NCBI RefSeq assembly: GCF_000009045.1
Contig: NC_000964.3
Span: 1,980,001 to 2,012,000, forward strand
DNA length: 32,000 bases
Origin: Bacillus subtilis subsp. subtilis str. 168
GTDB lineage: Bacteria; Bacillota; Bacilli; Bacillales; Bacillaceae
Direction of reading: 5' to 3'
The translations under genes were made by a program, and so were the position numbers. The first letter of the stretch is position 1. Each line of letters opens with the position of its first letter. Positions 1 to 8,500 of this stretch are shown piece after piece. Below the pieces are notes generated by a model that saw nothing but the letters and a program-made list of their open reading frames with translations, did no database searches and was not told where the DNA came from.

Positions 1-1125
1 GCGCCACATCCCCGGTTTTGTACATGCGTTCCCCCAGGTAAAACGGGTCTTCAAGAAAACGCTCCTCCGTTAATGCCGGCCGATTCAAATAACCTCTGGC
101 AACACCCGCTCCGGCAATGTATAGTTCGCCGGCGACACCGGAAGGCTGTACGGCTAAATGCGGATCTAAAACATACAAACGCGCACCAGGTACGGGCTTC
201 CCAATCGGAATCCGCAAACGGTCTCTGTCCCGTTCTGGATCTAACACGTAAAATGCCGCGTCTACCGTGGCTTCTGTCGGCCCGTAGCCATGGATTAATG
301 ATACCTGCGGCAATACAGAAGCAAAACGGGCTGCCGTACGCGGCGCAAGCGGTTCACCTCCGGCGAATACACGCTTTAGGCTTGTCCTGTCACTCAGCCT
401 TTCGATTTCCGCTTGATCGAGAAAGCTGTTCAGCATAGCCGGAATAAAATGAGCCGTTGTCACGTTTTCCTGATGAATGGCTTGTACGATCAATGCGGAG
501 TCTTTTTCCCAGCCGGGCGGAAGCAGATACGCCGAAGCACCGGAAAGAGCCCACCAAAACAGCTGCCACACAGACGCATCAAAGGAAAAAGAGGTTTTCA
601 CCATGACAATGTCATCTTCCGAAAGCCGAAACTGGTGCTGCATGCCGGTCAGAAAGGAAACAGCCTGGCGGTGCTCAACGGCCACTCCTTTCGGCTGCCC
701 GGTAGAGCCCGATGTATAGATGACATAGGCGAGAGATCCGTCGCTAACAGAAGCAGACACATGACGTTTTACTTCTTCACACTCAAGAGATGTCATGTCC
801 ACTTCAAGCGTTTCGCCAGAAAAGTTTGGTGCGGAGCATCCCGGCTGTGTCAGCAAGAGCGATGCCCCGCTGTCTTTCAGCATGTAGCTCAGCCGCTCCT
901 TTGGATACGCAGGATCAAGCGGCAAATACGCCCCTCCGGCCTTCAATACAGCAAGGACAGCGATCAGCATGTCAGGTGAGCGTTCAGACAGGACACCGAC
1001 GATACTTTCGTTTGTGACGCCGCGTGCCGCAAGGTGCGCAGCCAGCCGGCTGGCGTACATATCAAGCTCAGCGTATGTCAGCGAACCGCCTGAAAAGCGA
1101 ATGGCCAGCCGCTCCGGTGTGACTG
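1..1125. repeat. Near-identical direct repeat, copy 1 (ppsC Glu A domain); continues off the left edge
   Basis: Aligns without indels to 15428-16552 at a constant offset of 15,427. About 15 mismatches counted by eye outside a diverged patch at ~741-785. Confidence 0.93.
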
Positions 1126-1170
1126 CCGCCTGTCGTTCAAACAGCCCATGCAGGGTTGGGGCTTCAGGTG
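1..1170 (-). other. PpsC module 1 adenylation domain (partial), predicted Glu-activating
   Basis: Binding-pocket residues by alignment to the GrsA positions: D-A-W-H-F-G-G-V-D, the same as PpsA module 1 and the known fengycin Glu code DAWHFGGVDK. Confidence 0.85.
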
Positions 1171-2548
1171 AAACAGATACTGTCCTGTTATTTTGAGAAA
1201 CGATTTTCCGTGTTTTGTCCTCATCTAGCAACGTCATCTTTGACACAGGAAGAGATGGATCAGAGATGACGTCAGAGACCATGTGCAGCAAATAATCTTT
1301 TATTTCGGACATCATGCTTGGTTGATAAGCGCTGGTCTGAAAATGAATCCGAACGTACAAGGTACGGCCTGGGATCACTTTGACACTGCAACTATAATTG
1401 GTCACCTCTTCCATCTCAAAATCTTTGACGGAGAAATCAAATGACCCCGCTTGATTCAGCTCTTCGATCTCTTGCTGGGTAGGTGTATTTTCAAAGACGA
1501 TAATATGATCGATCAACTCTTGCTTTAGAGCACTCTGCGCCTGAATATCATACAAGGGAAAGTAACTATAGGCTTCTGCCTCATTCATGTCCTTTTGCAT
1601 TCTCCTGACTAGGTCAGAAAAAGACAGAGAATCACTTTGGGCTCGAATAGGAATGGTATTGATAAAAAGCCCGACCATGTTTTCCACATCTTTTAGCTCA
1701 GAAGGTCTGCCTGATATAACTGAACCGAACACAGCATCGCTGCTGCGATTGACCTTTTGAAGCATAATCCCCCATAAAGCTTGGAAAACAGTGTTTAGTG
1801 TCGCACCAGAAGCTGCTGCGATTTTCTGTAATTCGGCGGTTTCTTTTTCGGGAATGGCAAACGTGATCTGCTGTAGTGTCCCATTCGGAATTTGATCTGT
1901 TCTTTTCGGCAGGGGTGTAGATTTTTCGAAATGCTGAAGCCTCTTTTTCCAGTACTCAGCTGCTTCTTCACGATCTTGCTGCATCAGCCATTTAATATAC
2001 GTCCCGTACGGCTGTACGGGAGGCAAATCAGGAAGCTGGCCTTTACCCAGCGCTTGATAAATATGGAGAAAGTCTTTAATGACGATGCCTAAACACCAGC
2101 CATCCATTAAAATATGATGGTGGCTCCAGATACAGACATAATGATCAGGCGCCCATTTTAAAATAGATATTCTCATCAGTACATCCGTTTGGAGATCAAA
2201 GCCTTTGGATTTGTCCTGCTCTTTGAATGCCTCGGTACAATGTTCTTTATCCCTTTCATTGAGATGGGAAATATCTTCAATATGAATAGGGCAATGACGT
2301 TGCTTGAGCACGACTTGACGAGGTTTGGCTACATTTTTATAGATGAATGCTGTTCGAAAGATATCGTACCTGTCAAAAACAGCATCCATACTTTTTTGGA
2401 AACGCTCCAAGTCAAGCTGTCCATGGATCGTAAAAGAAGCCTGTTCAAAATAAGCTCTCGACTGTTCATCATACAGTGAGTGAAAAAGCATCCCTTCCTG
2501 CATAAATGACAAAGGGTATATATCCTGTATTTCAGGTTGCTGCGGCAT
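1..2548 (-). CDS. ppsC: Plipastatin/fengycin synthetase subunit C, N-terminal part: condensation domain plus first adenylation domain (Glu) to about core motif A7; gene runs off the left edge
   Basis: Reverse complement from ATG at 2548 reads MPQQPEIQDIYPLSFMQEGMLFHSLYDEQ..., preceded by a strong RBS (AGGAGAGGAG). C-domain motif SHHHILMDGW and A-domain motifs (YVIYTSGSTGQPKG, GYGPTEATVD, TGDVA) are present and open to the window edge. It starts 16 nt after the ppsB stop. The ORF track omits it because it is truncated. Confidence 0.95.
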   Translation of the reverse strand, partial: MPQQPEIQDIYPLSFMQEGMLFHSLYDEQSRAYFEQASFTIHGQLDLERFQKSMDAVFDRYDIFRTAFIYKNVAKPRQVVLKQRHCPIHIEDISHLNERDKEHCTEAFKEQDKSKGFDLQTDVLMRISILKWAPDHYVCIWSHHHILMDGWCLGIVIKDFLHIYQALGKGQLPDLPPVQPYGTYIKWLMQQDREEAAEYWKKRLQHFEKSTPLPKRTDQIPNGTLQQITFAIPEKETAELQKIAAASGATLNTVFQALWGIMLQKVNRSSDAVFGSVISGRPSELKDVENMVGLFINTIPIRAQSDSLSFSDLVRRMQKDMNEAEAYSYFPLYDIQAQSALKQELIDHIIVFENTPTQQEIEELNQAGSFDFSVKDFEMEEVTNYSCSVKVIPGRTLYVRIHFQTSAYQPSMMSEIKDYLLHMVSDVISDPSLPVSKMTLLDEDKTRKIVSQNNRTVSVSPEAPTLHGLFERQAAVTPERLAIRFSGGSLTYAELDMYASRLAAHLAARGVTNESIVGVLSERSPDMLIAVLAVLKAGGAYLPLDPAYPKERLSYMLKDSGASLLLTQPGCSAPNFSGETLEVDMTSLECEEVKRHVSASVSDGSLAYVIYTSGSTGQPKGVAVEHRQAVSFLTGMQHQFRLSEDDIVMVKTSFSFDASVWQLFWWALSGASAYLLPPGWEKDSALIVQAIHQENVTTAHFIPAMLNSFLDQAEIERLSDRTSLKRVFAGGEPLAPRTAARFASVLPQVSLIHGYGPTEATVDAAFYVLDPERDRDRLRIPIGKPVPGARLYVLDPHLAVQPSGVAGELYIAGAGVARGYLNRPALTEERFLEDPFYLGERMYKTGDVA

Positions 2549-2564
2549 CAGTGAATCTCCTCTC

Positions 2565-5500
2565 CTATAGTTTGTTGACGGCTCCCATGATCTCACTCAA
2601 TTCATCAAGCGTTAAGTCTTCATCAGTGAAATCAGATGCGCTCCACTCTTGGTTTTCTTTGCCGGTACAATGCTCAATGATGTTTTCCAGAGTCTGTTTA
2701 AAATGCCTGGAAAATGTTTGGATTGTTTTTTCCTCAAATTGAAACCTGTTATAGATGATGTGCATGTTCAGGCACCCCGAAGAAACGGCGCCGCTGATAT
2801 CCAGTGCATAAGGACGCTCCCAGTTCGGGCTGATCTCATTTCCTGGCTTGATGTCAGACACCTCAAAGGCATTTGATTGAATATCCTGATCAAACTGGCC
2901 TAAATAATTAAAGCTGATTTCTGGGCTGTTTTTCTGAGAGCCCCATCTTTTGCTGATATATTTCAGCACGCCGTAGCCCGCGCCTTTATGCGGTATACGG
3001 TGCAGCATATCTTTTGTCTGTTTAATAAGGTGGCCCAGCCGCTCTTCTTTGTCCTTATGATCGGAATCTCTCATATCAAGCCACACAGGATAAATGGAGG
3101 TGAACCAGCCAACAGTTCTGCTAATATCGATGTCCTCAAGATATGATTCCCTTCCATGGCCCTCCATGCTGATTTTAAATTGGTTATTTCCCGTCCATTT
3201 CTGCAAAGCAAGACCTAAAGCTGTCAGAAGGATATCATTCATCTCCGTGCTGTAAGCTTTATGTGCAGCCGTTAATAGTAATTCTGTGTGATGGCGAGAT
3301 AGCTCAAAATCAATCACTTCTGTATCTTTGAATGTGTTAGATGCTGCGTCATTGTCTTTTGGAATAGGCTGGATGTGACGGTTCTCGCACTCATCCCAGT
3401 ACGCTGCTTCGCGCTGCACCTGGCGGCTTATAGAGTAGTCAGCTATTCTTTGTGAATACGTTAAATATGAATCTGTTTTTTGCGGCAGTTTAATAGATTC
3501 TCCTGAGACTGCCTGTTTGTAAGCTGTTGAAAAATCCTCAAACAAAATGCGCCAAGAAACCGCATCAACAACTAAGTGATGAATCGTTAGAAATAAATGG
3601 TCACCATTCTCGGTTCTAAACAATCCAGCGTGAAGTAAGGGGCCGGTTTCCAAACGAATATGTTCTTGCATCCGGCTGGCTGCTTCCTCAATCGTGTTCC
3701 GGGCTTCTGTTAGGCTATCCTTTACATCAAACAGTTCAAGTGCATATAGCTCCTCATCTGAAAGATCTATCCCTCTGTTTATCTGCACTTGCCTGCCATC
3801 TTCATGCCGGCATACGATTCTCAGTGCATCATGATGAGTCACAAGGCTTTTTAGTACTTTTCTAAGCGCAGCCTCATCAAATCGTTCAGCCCGGTAGATC
3901 ATAACGGATTGGTTAAAATGATGGCTTTCCAGAGATTGCGAGAAAAACCACTGCTGGATAGGTGTCCAAGTAATCTCGCCTTCGACCGGGCCTTGGTCAA
4001 TGGCGCGTACGTCTTTTCGAACCCGGGCGGACAGTTCACCAAGAGTCTGATGTTCAAACATCTCACGTACTGTCGTTTCAAATCCGCGCTGCTTCAGTCT
4101 GGCACAAACCTGCAGCGCTTTAATAGAGTCTCCGCCAAGCTTAAAGAAATTGGCGCTTACACCCAGCTCATCTACATTAAGAAGCTCTTCCCAAATTTCA
4201 GCCATCACCGTTTCAATCTCATTTCTAGGACTGATATCATCAGCTGTATAAGCTTGTTTTTCAGGCTCTGGCAGGGCTTTCTGATCGAGCTTTCCATTAA
4301 CAGTCACCGGGATGCTGTCAATTTGTATCATACGGGCAGGCAGCATAAAGTCAGGCAAGGCGTTTTTTAGGTAAGTTCGGATGTCTGATATATTCGCAGC
4401 CTGTTGATCTTTTATCACCATATATGCATATATAGCTGTTTGCCCTTGCTCGTCTGCTCTGGTAATGACAGCCGCCTCTTTAATCATTGGATACTGAAGA
4501 AGTGCCGCTTGGATTTCGCCTAACTCAATACGGTGCCCTCTGACTTTCACCTGCTCATCAATGCGGCCTAAGTATTCCAGCTCGCCATTTGACAGGCGCT
4601 TAGCAAGATCTCCTGTTCGGTATAATCTGTCTCCCGGAAGATAAGGATTGGATACAAAACGGTCAGCGGTCAGCTCATCTCTGTTGAGATATCCCCGTGC
4701 CACACCTTCGCCGCCTATATACAGCTCCCCTGGAACTCCGGTCGGCTGCAGGTTCATATGGGCATCCATCACATGAGCCTGCAGAGTAGAAAGAGGCCGG
4801 CCGATATTGCTTTTATTTTTTGCAATGTCTGCTGCGGACAATTTTTTGAATGTTACATGGACCGTTGTTTCTGTAATACCGTACATATTAATCAAATCAG
4901 TATGAGGATATTTTTCATTCCAGCTTTGAAGCAATCCGGGCTGTAAGGCTTCGCCGCCAAAAATCACATAGCGGATGTTTAAATGATCTGTATGATTTTG
5001 GTCTTCAAGCATCAAGCCGTAAAAAGCAGTCGGGGTCTGATTGAGTACAGTGACGCGCTCTTTTTTTAACAATAATCGGAATGCTTGGGGGTCACGGGCT
5101 GTTTCTTTAGAGACCACGACTAATGTACTTCCGTTCAATAACGCACCGAACATCTCCCATACAGAGAAATCAAAGCAATAAGAATGAAATAACGTCCAGA
5201 CGTCTTCATGGTTAAATTCAAAAGGCAGGTTTTGATGCTTCAAGAGACTGATCACATTGCGGTGCTCGACAATGACTCCCTTTGGCTGACCAGTCGTTCC
5301 AGATGTGTATATCACGTATGCGGGCTGATCCGTTACTATTTCTTCAATGTTTACATCAGCCGGAATTGAGTTGTTTTCACATTCATCGATATACAAAATA
5401 TGCCCGGTGTAGTCTGCAGGTTTGTTTAGACCGCGCTCTGTCAGCAGCAGTTTTGCTCCGCTGTCATTGAGCATAAAGCTAATACGCTCCTTGGGATATT

Positions 5501-8500
5501 CAGGATCAATCGGCAAATAGGCCCCGCCAGCTTTTAAAATCGATAAAACGCCAATGATCATATCAGGTGACCGATCGAGCATCAGACCGACGATATCGCC
5601 AGTTCTGACCCCTTGTTTGATCAGCATAGCAGCTGCCCGCTCGGCTTTTTCATTCAGGTCTCGATACGTAAGCTGAGAATGGCCGCACACCACTGCGATA
5701 TGCTCCGGATACTGAGCTACTTGCTTTTCAAATAAGCTTACTATGTTTTCATTTCTCGGATAAGCTGCATACTGCCCCATTTTTTCAAGGAGTAACCTAC
5801 GCTCTGCAGCAGGAAGCAATTGCATGTTCGAAATTCTCATCTCAGTATCCGCCGTTACCCCTTTTACCAATTCAATAAAATAGGATGCCCACTGCGTAAT
5901 GGTTTCTTCTTCAAAAAGAGCAGTGCTGTATTCAAAACGGCAGCGTATTCCACTCAGATGCTCCTCAGCATGTAATGTTAAATCGAATTTAGATATATCA
6001 TGTTTAGGAGTGACAGACGAAATCGACAGACCAGGCACTTCGAACCGGAAATCTTCACTGCTTTGAAGCACAAGCATCGCATCGAACAGCGGGTTGCGAT
6101 TTACCTCTCGATTTGTATCGAGCTTATCTGCCAGCTCCTCAAAAGGATAATCCTGATGCTCGTAAGCGGTCAGAGCCAGGTGGCGAATGTCATGCAAATA
6201 GGAGCTGAACGTTTTGTGGCCCTCGGGCTTGCTGCGCATCGCCAATGTATTGACGAACATTCCGATGACGCGCTCCAGATCAGCGTGCGGTCTTCCGGCA
6301 GCAGGCGAACCGACAACAATATCCTCTTGCCCGCTTAGCTTAGATAACAAAATAGAATAGACAGCCAGAAGAATCATATACAATGTTGTTCCCGTTTCAG
6401 CCATTAAACGGTGCAGTTCATCAGCCATGTCTTTATCAATGTTGACTTCAATTGTTCCACCCCTGAAATCAGGGAGACGCGGCCTTGTTTTATCAAGCGG
6501 TAATTCTAGTGTAGGAAGACTCCCGCCAAGCTGACCGAGCCAGTAGGCCTCCTGTTTTTTGTATAGCTCTTTCGGGTGCTTCTCTTGCTGCCAAACAGCA
6601 AAATCCTTATAATGCAGGTTTAAAGCTGGCAACTCTTTTCCGCAATATAAGTCAGTAAATTCTTGGACAAGAGTGCTCATCGAGACACCGTCGGCAATAA
6701 TATGGTGCATATCGAGCAGCAAAAAGCCGCGATTATTGCCCATTGTAATGACACATGCTCTAAAAAGCGGACCGGATGATAGATAAAACGGTTTGATAAA
6801 GGTCTCGATTGCAGACTCAAGCATTTGTTCTGATTCCATTTCAAGCTCTTTTAGATCAAAAGCCATCTCTGGATAAATGATCTGCACAGGCTCGTCTCTG
6901 TCAAGCACAAAAACAGTCCGTAATGCTTCATGCCGATTCACAAGTTCTGTGAGAACGCTTCTCAACCGCTGGCGATTCAGATTTCCGCGTAATTCAAGTA
7001 CAGCTGGCATGTTGTAGCCTGTGCTGTCATCTGCCAGCTGATGAAGAGCATATAATCGTTTTTGCGAGAAAGACAGCGGATAGACATCTCTTTGATCCGC
7101 AGGTTCAATCTGTGTAAAAGCGTGTTCTTTTAAGCTCATCAATTTGACCGCCATGCTTTCAACCGTCGGATAAGAAAACACCTCACTGAGCGGCAGCTCG
7201 ACATTAAGCTTTTTATGTATTCTTGATACCAGTGCGGCCGCTTTTAAGGACTGTCCGCCTAACTGAAAGAAATCATCACGAATGCCGATGTGCTGTTTAT
7301 TCAGCACATCTTCCCAAATATGTGCGAGATCAGCTTCGATTAAGGTTCGGGGCGCCATATATGTGACACTCGTATTGTTTTCTGGTTCAGGAAGCGCAAA
7401 CCTGTCAAGCTTGCCGCTGGATGTTAATGGCATCTGGCTGATGTTGATAATACTTGCTGGGATCATATAGGACGGCAATGTCCCGGCAAGATGCTGATAC
7501 AAATCTGGGAGGCTGTTTCCCTTTTCCGGAACGATATAAGCAACGAGCTCCTTTTCCTCAGCAGAAACATCACGGGCCAGTACCGCTGCTTCTTTTACCC
7601 CCGGTGCTTGTCGAAGAACTGTTTCAATCTCTCTCAGTTCAATACGATAACCCCTAATTTTCACTTGATCATCAAAACGTCCAATATATTCAATCGTTCC
7701 ATCAGGCAAAAAGCGGCCTGCATCACCTGTTCGGTATAAACGCTCCCCTTCAAGGAATGGATGATCGGAGAATGCTTTCTGTGTCAGCTCTTGCTGTTTG
7801 TAGTATCCTCTCGCAAGACCCGCGCCGGAAATACACAGTTCACCCGCCGCGCCGATCGGCTGCATTTGATTTCCGTGCAAAACAAATACTTTTGTGTTTC
7901 TGATCGGGTGTCCGATCGTGATCCTCTCTTTTTTATTCAGATGCCGCAATATTGTTGTTGCCACACTGTTTTCTGTGGGCCCGTATTCATTTGCCAGTTC
8001 AGCAGAAGGACAAATTATTTGATTCAACTCAAGCAGATCAGGCGTGACCGCTTCACCCGCAAATGTCACAATACGAAGACTTTTTGCATCGTCAGCAGTC
8101 ATCACTTCCAATAACACCCTGTACAGGGAAGGAACAATGATCATGTGGCTGACCTTATAACGGGCTATTTTTCGCTTAAGGGCCAGCACATCCTTCGCTT
8201 CGTCATCTGTTGTCAGCAGTACGCACGCACCAGATAAAAGCGGGGTAAATAAGCTCGTTACACAGCCGTCAAACACGTACGAAAACAAATGGAGGGATAT
8301 ATCCTGTTCGGTCATGCTATACTCTTCCCGTCTCCATTGCAATGTATTGGCAATACCGTGATGATCAACTAAAACCCCTTTAGGGCGCCCCGTCGTTCCC
8401 GACGTATAGATCAAGTAGGCTAGATCACCTGGCGGCATATTTGGCGCTTCTGTTTGGTAACTTTCTGTATGTTCTATCGTTATCGTATTTCCTTCATAGG

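Noticed and set aside
413-979. 188-aa plus-strand ORF with a near-identical twin at 15840..16406; also 73..438 and 15329..15865
   Set aside because: Looks like a duplicated gene but is antisense to the NRPS A-domain coding frame and lies within the 1.1 kb repeat. No RBS or recognisable protein family. It is a shadow ORF of the GC-rich coding sequence.
3560-3600. HHLVVDAVSW in the last PpsB domain instead of HHxxxDG, considered as a defective condensation domain
   Set aside because: This is a C-terminal epimerisation domain, where DA/DG followed by VSW is normal.
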